Of a stretch of 64,000 nucleotides of DNA, positions 1-8,179 are shown in pieces. Source of the stretch: an uncultured virus (IMG/VR IMGVR_UViG_3300042294_002635) (taxonomy: Duplodnaviria > Heunggongvirae > Uroviricota > Caudoviricetes); the IMG/VR virus record IMGVR_UViG_3300042294_002635; one strand, 5' to 3'. The notes beneath the pieces were generated by a model that made no database searches, was not told where the DNA came from, and saw nothing but the letters and a program-made list of their open reading frames with translations. How positions within the stretch are numbered: the stretch's first letter is position 1; every line of letters starts with the position of its first letter. The translations under genes and the position numbers were made by a program.

Positions 1-66
1 TTGGTGCCGGTGCTCTCCCTATCCGAGGGTGTTTTTAACTTGAAGTGAGTGTGGTCCGGGGGTAAG

Positions 67-111
67 GGCGGGAAGCCGCCCCTTGCTTCCCCGTAGCAAA
101 CACGCTAGTAT
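67..111 (+). promoter_or_regulatory. Conserved early-promoter-like element (variant copy)
   Basis: GGCGG box, TTGCTT (83-88), 17 bp, TAGTAT (106-111), upstream of ORF 168. Confidence 0.6.
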
Positions 112-167
112 ACCCTTACAAAACCATCGCACTGGCACCATAACCCAAAGGAAACCGCAAAGAAAAC

Positions 168-557
168 ATGGGAATGTACACAGAGATTTACGTCAACGTT
201 GACCTCAAAGCATCGACACCCGACGACGTCATTACCGTTCTCAAGGCAATGTGCGGAAAGCTCGACGAAGACTCGAAAAGAGAGGCCCTGAAGGACCTTC
301 CAGACCGCTGGGGTTGGCTTTTCAGTGACGGCAGCTATTACACTCCACGAACACACTGCAAGTTCCTGGAACGAGACACGATCTCGAAGCAATGGGCGAT
401 TCTAGGAAAAGGCGACATTAAGAACTACCAGGGAGAGATTCAAAAGTTCTTTGAATGGATTTCACCGTGGGTAGCCGGCGATAAGGGTGACTTTATCGGC
501 TACTCACGGTACGAGGAAAACCAACAACCGCAACTCTACTTCTTAACAAAACAATGA
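168..557 (+). CDS. Phage hypothetical protein
   Basis: 129 aa ORF; stop overlaps next start (ATGA). Confidence 0.7.
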   Translation: MGMYTEIYVNVDLKASTPDDVITVLKAMCGKLDEDSKREALKDLPDRWGWLFSDGSYYTPRTHCKFLERDTISKQWAILGKGDIKNYQGEIQKFFEWISPWVAGDKGDFIGYSRYEENQQPQLYFLTKQ

Positions 558-763
558 ACTTCGACAACTTTGGCCAGATTTGGAACGAGTCCCGTGGCCG
601 ATTCACAAAGTCTGGACGCGACACCATTCACGAAACGAAAATTGAGGAATGGGTAGATAGGGGCGTTGACCTTGCCTTTGACCCTTCCTTCTGGGAAGGT
701 ATGGTTCGTGGAGCTATTGAACGTCTTCAAGAAGAGATCGCAGGTACGGACAACCTGCGCTGA
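554..763 (+). CDS. Hypothetical protein
   Basis: 69 aa ORF coupled to the previous gene. Confidence 0.6.
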   Translation: MNFDNFGQIWNESRGRFTKSGRDTIHETKIEEWVDRGVDLAFDPSFWEGMVRGAIERLQEEIAGTDNLR

Positions 764-812
764 TTGCACCGCCGTCCGACCCAAACTCCTGATCAACCAA
801 CCTCGCAAAACC

Positions 813-1316
813 ATGGGACTTGACTCCTACCTTTACGCTAAGAAATACCTTGGCAACTACGACCATTCGTCCGACGAAGAAAAAGAAACGTACAACAAGA
901 TTGTAACAGCTTTGGGTCTGACCGACTTTGCAGCCGTTAGGCGCAACAGTCTTTACACGCGAGTCGAAGTGGCTTACTGGCGTAAAGCCAACCACATTCA
1001 CAAGTTCTTTGTGGATCTATCTGAGGGAGAAGACAAATGCGAAGACATTGATGTTGGCCGAGACGACTTGGTAGAACTTCTCTCTCGGTGCAAAAAACTC
1101 CTCGAAAGTAGGGACACCCCTGCGGAAACAAACACAGTGAACCCTGCGGAGATCCTACCAACCGAAGGGGGATTCTTTTTCGGCTCGACAGACTACGGTG
1201 AGAATTACTACGCCGACCTTGAACACACAGTCAAAGTCCTGGAGAAAGTCCTCAACCACCCTGCTATCCCTGATGGAGACTGGAGTTGGACTTTCGTGTA
1301 CCGTGCCTCTTGGTGA
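813..1316 (+). CDS. Conserved phage hypothetical protein
   Basis: MGLDSYLY start, VAYWRKANHIH, LPTEGGFFFGSTDY and Y-x-ASW end; pattern common in phage proteins. Confidence 0.75.
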   Translation: MGLDSYLYAKKYLGNYDHSSDEEKETYNKIVTALGLTDFAAVRRNSLYTRVEVAYWRKANHIHKFFVDLSEGEDKCEDIDVGRDDLVELLSRCKKLLESRDTPAETNTVNPAEILPTEGGFFFGSTDYGENYYADLEHTVKVLEKVLNHPAIPDGDWSWTFVYRASW

Positions 1317-1358
1317 GTGAAGCTACCACTGTAAACCCACTAAAGTTCCCTTAGTTCA

Positions 1359-1402
1359 TTTGGACGGGAGCAAAGTTGATACAGCTTTAATTTGTATCCA
1401 AA
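1359..1402 (+). promoter_or_regulatory. Structured leader of the DUF2828 gene (degenerate CAGCAA-type module)
   Basis: Outer stem TTTGGA/TCCAAA, GAGCAA, inner hairpin AAAGTTG-ATA-CAGCTTT. Confidence 0.4.
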
Positions 1403-1422
1403 CAAACAATCAACTTGAGAAA

Positions 1423-2901
1423 ATGACAACCTTTTTAAACGCACTCGAAAACGAGTTTAACCAAACTACCACTGCAAACGGTGCAAAGGCATACAAGTCC
1501 ACCGAGTCTAAGTGCCTGGACCTTTTTGGAAAGATTGCAGCTTGCCGTGACAACATCAGCGAAGCAACTCGCCTATTCAATCTTGCTTATGCCGTCGCCC
1601 CTGAGACCGCAACTCGAATCTTATTTTGGGCACGCGACATTCGTGGGGGCCAGGGAGAGCGAAAGATCTTTCGAGAAGTTTTTAAGGAACTCGTCCGCAA
1701 TGACACCGCTGTCGGTGAGAAACTCGTCGGGCTAATTCCACAGTACGGGCGCTGGGACGACCTTGTTGCACTCGAAGGAACTTCCGTGTGGAACGTTGCA
1801 CTCGAAGTGATTAAAGAACAGCTTAACGCCGATCTAAACACGGAAATTGGAAAGTCCGTTTCACTTCTGGCAAAGTGGCTGCCTTCCATTAACGCATCGA
1901 GCCAAGAATCCAAGCGAGTTGGCCGCCTTATCGCCAAGGAAATGGGTTGGACCGAGAGGCAGTACCGCAAGGCTCTGACTGCCCTCAGGTCACAAGTCAA
2001 GATTGTTGAGCAGCCAATGTGTGCCCGTGAGTGGGAAAGCATTGACTACGGTGTGTTGCCCTCTCGCGCAGGGTTTATGTACCGCAAAGCCTTTGCAAAG
2101 CGCGACGGCAACCGTTACCAATCCTACCTTGACTCGGTAGAGAAAGGTGAGGCAAAAATCAATGCCGGTACGATCTACCCTTACGAAATCGTGCACAAGT
2201 ACCTTTACGGGGGTGAAAAGAGCGATCAGACTCTAAACTTAATGTGGGAGGCTCTACCCAACTACATGGAGGGAGAGCAGCTAAACGGCCTTGTAGTTGC
2301 TGATGTCTCGGGGTCTATGGGCCAGAACGGCGGCATGCCCATGGCGGTTTCAATCTCGCTGGCGATGTACATCGCTGAGCGTAACACCGGGGCATGGAAG
2401 GATAAGTTCCTAACCTTCTCAGGAAGCCCGAAGCTGCAGTCTGTCACCGGGAGAAACATTGCTGAGCGTGTTAATAACCTTAGTCGAGCCAAGTGGGACA
2501 TGAATACGGACCTTCAAGCAGTCTTCAATCTTGTGTTGGCTACCGCAACGAGGAACCATATTCCTGAAGGGGAAATGCCCCGGAAGCTTATCATTGTCTC
2601 AGACATGCAGTTTGATTCCTGCTGCAGAAACAACTCAGTGACAAACTTTGAGGCGGTGCGAATCAAGTATGCTCAAGCAGGGTACTCCTTGCCGGAACTT
2701 GTCTTCTGGAATGTTAACTCTAGCGGCAACGTGCCCATGAAAATGCATGACACGGGAACTTGCCTGGTCTCCGGATGCAGCCCTTCAATCCTGAAAGCTG
2801 TTCTTACTGGTGGGGTAATTACGCCTGTAGGGGTTATGCGTGACGCTGTTTACACTGAAAGGTACGACGCTGTCGGTGCCGTATTTGCTGAAGGAGCATG
2901 A
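1423..2901 (+). CDS. DUF2828 family protein (TROVE-like helical region plus C-terminal vWA domain)
   Basis: RDIRGGQGER, YGRWDDL, AKWLPS, MIDAS motif DVSGSM, NTDLQAVF, SDMQFD, VFWNV; ATG 1423 preferred to TTG 1360. Confidence 0.9.
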   Translation: MTTFLNALENEFNQTTTANGAKAYKSTESKCLDLFGKIAACRDNISEATRLFNLAYAVAPETATRILFWARDIRGGQGERKIFREVFKELVRNDTAVGEKLVGLIPQYGRWDDLVALEGTSVWNVALEVIKEQLNADLNTEIGKSVSLLAKWLPSINASSQESKRVGRLIAKEMGWTERQYRKALTALRSQVKIVEQPMCAREWESIDYGVLPSRAGFMYRKAFAKRDGNRYQSYLDSVEKGEAKINAGTIYPYEIVHKYLYGGEKSDQTLNLMWEALPNYMEGEQLNGLVVADVSGSMGQNGGMPMAVSISLAMYIAERNTGAWKDKFLTFSGSPKLQSVTGRNIAERVNNLSRAKWDMNTDLQAVFNLVLATATRNHIPEGEMPRKLIIVSDMQFDSCCRNNSVTNFEAVRIKYAQAGYSLPELVFWNVNSSGNVPMKMHDTGTCLVSGCSPSILKAVLTGGVITPVGVMRDAVYTERYDAVGAVFAEGA

Positions 2902-3083
2902 TCTGGATCAAATTGCCGGGTGCCCTCTGCATCGTTCTGCAAACCGTTTTCATAACTTTGAAGGTAGCGGGTCAGGTTTCCTGGCCCTGGCTCACTGTGC
3001 TTTCACCGACCCTTGTGCCAATCTTTCTACTTGGGTTGGGGGGTCTTTGGTTGATTCTTCAACTACTTTCGCATGAGAAATAG
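2898..3083 (+). CDS. Small two-TM phage membrane protein
   Basis: LKVAGQVSWPWLTVLSP motif, hydrophobic. Confidence 0.7.
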   Translation: MIWIKLPGALCIVLQTVFITLKVAGQVSWPWLTVLSPTLVPIFLLGLGGLWLILQLLSHEK

Positions 3084-3086
3084 CTA

Positions 3087-3263
3087 ATGTTTACGAATCT
3101 CTCAGCTTCGTTAATGTCAGCCCAGGGTCTTCTCATCGGATTGAAATTAACGGGGCAAATATCCTGGCCATGGGTCTCGGTGCTTAGCCCGTTCATGATC
3201 TTAGGCTGTGCGTATACTTTGTTCCTCATCCTGTTAATTTTATATGCAAGGTCAGTCAAGTGA
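3087..3263 (+). CDS. Small membrane protein, tandem paralog of 2898-3083
   Basis: Manual translation, 58 aa, LKLTGQISWPWVSVLSP; not in the ORF track. Confidence 0.7.
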   Translation: MFTNLSASLMSAQGLLIGLKLTGQISWPWVSVLSPFMILGCAYTLFLILLILYARSVK

Positions 3264-3519
3264 ATCGCATAGCGAGTGGGAGATGTACTCTCAGGTTATA
3301 GAGTTTTCTTCCCTGAGAGAGTTGTACGACAGTGTCGTACAGATTGAAAGGGGGCAGGGAGTGTCGGACACTATTTCCTGGGAGGAGTTTAAGGGGCAAT
3401 TTCAGCACATACTCCAGAACACCCCCACGGAGTACAGACACTTAGATGTGAGTGTGTCTAATGCGGGGAAAGTTATTGAGTCTTACGGAGGAAGTCGCAA
3501 GGAAATTAACTTGAGCCAG

Positions 3520-3584
3520 GGCGGTTAACACTCGTCTTGGGGGCGGTTTCCGCCCTTTCCTTCGCTCAGTGAAACCGCTATAGT
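3520..3584 (+). promoter_or_regulatory. Conserved early-promoter-like element
   Basis: GGCGGTTAAC, GGCGGTTT 22 bp later, TTTCCT-17-TATAGT. Confidence 0.75.
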
Positions 3585-3625
3585 AACTGTGTGACAAACA
3601 CACTAGCTCAGTTAGCCCTAAAGTA

Positions 3626-3991
3626 ATGTGGAAGTTCAACGATCCCTTAAGTCAGTTGCGCTCTTTTCGTGACAGTTTGCTAAGGGACGACCAACACACC
3701 TACGCCACAAGGCTCGGTGAAATCGTAGAGTCCCTCGAAGAGTGGTATGAAGATGCCAGGGAGTCGAACGAAGAGGTAGAGGGCTTTGAGGAGTTAAGCA
3801 AAGTGTTCAGAGAGGCAAACTCAATCTACGAGTCTAAGCTCTCGGACGAAGCCAAGTATGACCTTATTTTCTCCAAGAAGATATCGCAAAAAGTCCCCTT
3901 CTCGTGGTACGACCCTGACACATCTTACGAAGAGGACGTAAGGTACTTTATGAACGCCTTTCGAGAATACATGGGTGGTTCTCCGCGATAG
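3626..3991 (+). CDS. Hypothetical protein
   Basis: 121 aa ORF directly downstream of a promoter element. Confidence 0.65.
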   Translation: MWKFNDPLSQLRSFRDSLLRDDQHTYATRLGEIVESLEEWYEDARESNEEVEGFEELSKVFREANSIYESKLSDEAKYDLIFSKKISQKVPFSWYDPDTSYEEDVRYFMNAFREYMGGSPR

Positions 3992-4122
3992 GTGCCGTGC
4001 GGGGGGGGGGTCTCTGCTTGAGTCCGTTTACCCCTAGCACTCCCAACCTATGATACGGATGTGGAGCTCAAAGTTCCACTCCTCGCCCCCTTAACCTCCA
4101 CCCAGCAAAGCGGTGCGAAAAC

Positions 4123-4244
4123 CGAAGAGTAGCCAAGTGGTTAGGCAGCGGTAATGCAAAAAGATTACCTAGCTTAGGTAATTCAGCAACTACCCAATAC
4201 GCAAAAGGAACCGCCATACGCAAGTTCGAATCTTGCCTCTTCGA
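4123..4244 (+). tRNA. tRNA-like RNA (possibly Cys-derived) with a 57-nt expanded anticodon loop carrying a hairpin + CAGCAA module
   Basis: Acceptor CGAAGAG/CTCTTCG, D arm GCC-AAGTGGTTA-GGC, anticodon stem GCGGT/ACCGC, T arm GCAAG-TTCGAAT-CTTGC; 4153-4209 lies between the anticodon-stem strands. Confidence 0.8.
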
Positions 4245-4262
4245 CTTTGCCTTCGGCAAACA

Positions 4263-4314
4263 TAGATAGTTCAGCGATCAAAACCTTTCTTTGCAACAGA
4301 AAACCAACTATCTA
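4263..4314 (+). ncRNA. Free-standing stem + CAGCGA + anticodon-stem-loop (GCA) RNA module
   Basis: 9-bp outer stem TAGATAGTT/AACTATCTA enclosing CAGCGA and TTTCT-TTGCAAC-AGAAA (5-bp stem, 7-nt loop). Confidence 0.65.
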
Positions 4315-4709
4315 GCTAAACCCAAACTTTATCCTCATAATGATAGTAAAAGACCTTTATTCTCGATCCAAGTAATTTGCCAAGCAAACTTAGATAGAAC
4401 AAAAGATATGACACCCACTGAAGCAGGTTTTGACGGGGAAAGGGGCATACGACTAGGAATGACGTACATGCAAGACGGCGGACTGTACCGGCTGCTACGG
4501 AGTAAAACCCCACCCACAAACTCCCAAAAGAAGTTGTTAAAGAACATGCTGATCTGGTATTACCCCGACGACAGCGACTCTAAGCTCTTGTTCTGTAACT
4601 CGGAAGGTGAGTTGTTTAACCTGACCTTTGAACCAACTAGCATAGAGCCGTAGCTCAAGGGCTAAGAAAAACTTTCAATATCGCTCCAGGTAGTTTTCGG
4701 AGCAAACAC

Positions 4710-4821
4710 GGGACCGTAGCTCAACTGGTAGAGCACGAAAAGTTATCTTGACAAAGATACATCAGCAATTAAATTACCTCTTTTAAAGGCGCGGTTGCAG
4801 GTTCGAGTCCTGCCGGTCCCA
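4710..4821 (+). tRNA. tRNA-Lys(TTT) body with a 39-nt insertion in the 5' strand of the anticodon stem
   Basis: Acceptor GGGACCG/CGGTCCC, canonical D and T arms; removing 4738-4776 restores CGCCT-CTTTTAA-AGGCG. Confidence 0.85.
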
Positions 4822-4835
4822 TTCCCATTTTTGCT

Positions 4836-5378
4836 ATGACTAACAGCAAGACCTCATTTCTCCTAACTCAAAACCACCTGAAACTGCTGAGAAGAATGCA
4901 CGTTGGGTGGAGCAACTGTGAATTCGGTGCTCCGGAAATAGACCCGAAAAGACCGTATGGCAACAGTTGGGTTATCGGAGACATACACGAAATTCTGACT
5001 GGAGAAGACCTAGAAGAATTGACCGAGTCACAGGAAGAGGAGTACAGGCAGCTCCACGAACAAACTCAAACAGCCCTCCAAATCATTCTCTCTACGGGGA
5101 AGTTTGAGGAAGGTTTGTACATGCTTACTGAACCGTATTCTTCTACTTGGGTGCGGAAAGCCATGATCAATTCCATGGCCTACAAAGACTACACAGCCAG
5201 TATGGTCTTCGATACTGAAGACATGATTATTGTTGGTCGTGTCCTAGACATCGACGACATTATCTCGTTTCACGGCGAAACGATAGCTGAATTTGAATCC
5301 AACTTTCATGCAGCCATCGAAGACTATCTAGCCGCATCGCAGGAACTTGGTTCTTCGCCGGAAAAGCCCGCAAGTTAA
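4836..5378 (+). CDS. Fusion of a phage hypothetical domain and a truncated HicB antitoxin
   Basis: From 5163: MAYKDYTASMVFD...IIVGRVLDIDDIISFHGETIAEFESNFHAAIEDYL...PEKPAS; stops where the HicB RHH domain would begin. Confidence 0.8.
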   Translation: MTNSKTSFLLTQNHLKLLRRMHVGWSNCEFGAPEIDPKRPYGNSWVIGDIHEILTGEDLEELTESQEEEYRQLHEQTQTALQIILSTGKFEEGLYMLTEPYSSTWVRKAMINSMAYKDYTASMVFDTEDMIIVGRVLDIDDIISFHGETIAEFESNFHAAIEDYLAASQELGSSPEKPAS

Positions 5379-5394
5379 GGTACTTAGGAGGTCT

Positions 5395-5432
5395 AAGGCT
5401 CGGTTTCAGGTTCGAGTCCCGCCAGTTCCATT
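5395..5432 (+). repeat. Degenerate copy of the 3' end of tRNA-Lys (4786-4823)
   Basis: 33/38 nt identical by manual alignment. Confidence 0.8.
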
Positions 5433-5444
5433 TTCACACGAACA

Positions 5445-5642
5445 ATGAACAGAGTTTCAATTGCGATCTTAGCGCTTTGCACCGCTTTATCTGGCAACGA
5501 GGCATTGTGCAAGACCCAAGTAGTGATTACAGGTAGGAACGCAGAAGAAGTACAAAGAAATGCGTTCAGGACCAAAATGAGCTACCCGCTCAGGCCTCTA
5601 AAGTGTAGTCAACGGTGCTCCCAATTGTGGGAAAGAGATTGA
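5445..5642 (+). CDS. Small protein with predicted signal peptide
   Basis: 65 aa, hydrophobic N-terminus. Confidence 0.5.
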   Translation: MNRVSIAILALCTALSGNEALCKTQVVITGRNAEEVQRNAFRTKMSYPLRPLKCSQRCSQLWERD

Positions 5643-5675
5643 GTGTGATGTGGGGACTCTCAGCCCTAAAGAAAG

Positions 5676-5719
5676 GGCGGTCTCCCGCCTTGCCTTTCCC
5701 CCATGAAAGGCGGTATGAT
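5676..5719 (+). promoter_or_regulatory. Conserved early-promoter-like element
   Basis: GGCGGTCT, TTGCCT-18-TATGAT. Confidence 0.7.
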
Positions 5720-5740
5720 TATAGCGTGTAAACGATTCAA

Positions 5741-5992
5741 ATGACAAACCTTTCCCGGTCCGCTCAGGCGGTTCTGAACACTGTCTTAAATGAAGCGGAG
5801 CCTCGATCCGCGCAGTTACAAGCGATAGCAGATGCCGCTGCCGTTCTCTGAGTCGCTGCGAATCAAGTGGTGACACCCGACCTCTGCGGCAACGACTGCT
5901 GCATCACCCAATGCGAGCAGATCCGTGCCGAACTCTTCGCCATCACCACCGAACTAGAAGGGCGGTTACCCGCCTTGCCTTGCCTTTTCTAG
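5741..5992 (+). pseudogene. Interrupted member of the LSPxAQAV...ELxAIATELE small-protein family
   Basis: MTNLSRSAQAVLN...AAAVL*VAANQVV...IRAELFAITTELEG; in-frame TGA at 5849-5851; paralogs at 39231 and 40568. Confidence 0.65.
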
Positions 5993-6056
5993 GAAAAGCT
6001 AGCCATAGGGCACCGGGCCCAAGGGTCCCGCTCCTAAGATCTCACCACGGGGAATG

Positions 6057-6100
6057 GGCGGTTTCCCGCCCCCTCTCCCTTGCCGTGAACACGCTAAAGT
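6057..6100 (+). promoter_or_regulatory. Conserved early-promoter-like element (a degenerate copy also at about 5961-6009)
   Basis: GGCGGTTTCCCGCC ... CGC-TAAAGT. Confidence 0.6.
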
Positions 6101-7016
6101 TAATCAGCTCACCTTCCACCGTCAACCATCCAATGAAATACCGCATTCGACACGAAGTATGAAACCCGAAAACCCGTACGTTCGCGCTGTAGTTGGCCTT
6201 GTGTTCTTTACTGCGGCACTCGGACTAGTAATTCAAGTGGTGGCGGCAATTGACGTGGCCATCCGTAGAGCCGATGAGCATGCCTCCAAGACTGAGAGAG
6301 AAGAAGAGAAAGTCCTAGCTGAAAAGTGCAAGTTACTGAGCAATTCGGCTCGTGCCTCCGTGTACATAACCCAAGAGCCCTTGAGCCTCTACATTTGCAG
6401 CGACCAGGGTGTCTCAACTTACTTTGTGACACGTAGGCTGTTCCCCCAGGTTTGCTCAGTTGGGCAAAGCCCCGCACCTTATACCCGCACGACTCTTTCC
6501 AAACAAACTACCCCCTTGAACGAAACAATGACCACAACACTGCGGGACCACCCACTGTCTGGCGGGCTTCGCGCAGGTTATGGGAGGGATAGGTGCTTTT
6601 GCTCTCTCACCTAAAGAAGCGGGAGAGGTGCTTCTCGGATCGAATGCAGCAGACCACTTCTTCGACACTGACAAACAAGCACTTGTTTTCCTGGAACAAG
6701 TTATTGAACGTAATTCCCATTCAGTACCCCCCACTGAGTAGTATGAAAATCACGTATAACGCACCGTCGAAAGTTGAACGCACCGTCGAACTTAACGAGT
6801 CCGATTTCCCGCCCCTTTATGGCGCGATCCGAGACTGTTTCCTGCAGAGACTTAAATCTTTCGGCTTGTCCAACCCGTTCTTCCCCTTTGAGTACGAAGC
6901 GATCGAGTTCTGTCGCACGGCGGGAGTTGATACGACTAATCGCATAGACGTGGTCGAATTCTTTGAGACGCTTCTTTTGAGGGGAACCACCGAAGCTTCA
7001 GACAATCAGGAGGGGA

Positions 7017-7460
7017 ATGAAAACGGCAATCACTAGCTTAAGGGTGGCCGAGAAGGTTTCGGTGAAGTCAGGGGACTTTCCCAACATCCCCTATCTAATT
7101 GTCAACCTAACCTGGAAAATCTCACCTGACGACTTTTACTTTCAGGCGTTCCTTGACGATACGAAAGATATCGTGCAGCAGATAAGTGTTGTAGACCCCG
7201 ATACGTGGAACGACCCGTGCTCGCTACACGAAACGAACTTTGAAAAAGTTTGGATTCCGCACGGGGATAGGTGGAGGTACATTCCAAAGTTCAACACTTT
7301 CTGGTACAAGGATTACGTTTCAGACTGCCCGGTTGTTAGGGCCACCTTAAAAGAGCTCGAACACTTTCAGCAGAGGGAAGAGTTTTCGTCGGAGTACCGG
7401 TTTTTCGATGAGAGTATTTTGTACAAGCATCTCTCGGTCTTGTGCACCTTTACGGACTGA
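7017..7460 (+). CDS. Hypothetical protein
   Basis: 147 aa ORF, ATG start. Confidence 0.55.
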   Translation: MKTAITSLRVAEKVSVKSGDFPNIPYLIVNLTWKISPDDFYFQAFLDDTKDIVQQISVVDPDTWNDPCSLHETNFEKVWIPHGDRWRYIPKFNTFWYKDYVSDCPVVRATLKELEHFQQREEFSSEYRFFDESILYKHLSVLCTFTD

Positions 7461-7798
7461 TCCGGGTAAATTACACTATACAGACCTTTCGCAGAGCAAC
7501 GTTGGAACAAACGAATAAAGAGCCAGAGTGTTGCCGCAGAAGTTTCGGCGCATCCTTGATTGACACAGCTAAACGAATGCTGGAAGATCCGTCGTTTGCC
7601 CCTCGCCAAGTGGCGAAGGACCGACTCTCAATTTGTGAGAGCAATGTGTGCGGATCCTTTGAAGAAAAAAGTTCAACCTGTGACGAGTGCGGGTGTTTTC
7701 TACCCGCTAAGACAACAATGGCAAACATGCGATGCCCGCGAGACTACTGGGTTGAGTGGGTGAGAGGGGAGTCCAATGACGCAGGAGAGGGGGCTTAA
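7442..7798 (+). CDS. Cys-rich small protein (DUF6171-like); true start probably downstream
   Basis: RLSICESNVC...CDECGCFLPAKT...CP..W. Confidence 0.65.
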   Translation: MHLYGLIRVNYTIQTFRRATLEQTNKEPECCRRSFGASLIDTAKRMLEDPSFAPRQVAKDRLSICESNVCGSFEEKSSTCDECGCFLPAKTTMANMRCPRDYWVEWVRGESNDAGEGA

Positions 7799-7859
7799 GT
7801 CAAGGGTGCCTTGCAGATAAGGTTTACTCCCCCTGTGGGACGCTATTCTAGTTATGAAA

Positions 7860-7931
7860 GCCCTGGTAGCTCAGTGGAAGAGCACTGTCCTTCTAAGACA
7901 CCGGTCGTGGGTTCGAATCCCTCTCAGGGCG
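7860..7931 (+). tRNA. tRNA-Arg(TCT)
   Basis: Acceptor GCCCTGG/TCAGGGC, loop CT-TCT-AA, T loop TTCGAAT; no encoded CCA. Confidence 0.9.
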
Positions 7932-7972
7932 TCGGTTGCCTTTGCAGCCAAACTAAACAACAACAATAAAAA

Positions 7973-8137
7973 ATGGCAAATCTTTCTATAGTTGATCGTG
8001 CCGCACGAATTAGCAGCAAAAGCCCCAGGGGAGCAAAGCTCCTTCTGAAGCTCAGCGAGGCAAGCACCGGCACTGAAGTTCAAAGTGCCCTTGACGAATT
8101 TGACCTGGCATTCGGAGTTCAAACTCCCTCTGTCTGA
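7973..8137 (+). CDS. Small hypothetical protein (54 aa)
   Basis: Manual translation MANLSIVDRAAR...EVQSALDEFDL; A-rich leader. Confidence 0.6.
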   Translation: MANLSIVDRAARISSKSPRGAKLLLKLSEASTGTEVQSALDEFDLAFGVQTPSV

Positions 8138-8179
8138 GCTTTACCTTGGGTTCCACCCCACACGGTGGTTCCCTTTCCT

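Noticed and set aside
4291..4653. ORF with TTG start at 4291
   Set aside because: Its start overlaps the ncRNA module; a gene from ATG 4408 may be real but I could not assign it
4123..4821. tRNA inserts as group I/II or archaeal BHB introns
   Set aside because: The inserts are only about 39-50 nt, have no ribozyme core, and I could not find a bulge-helix-bulge
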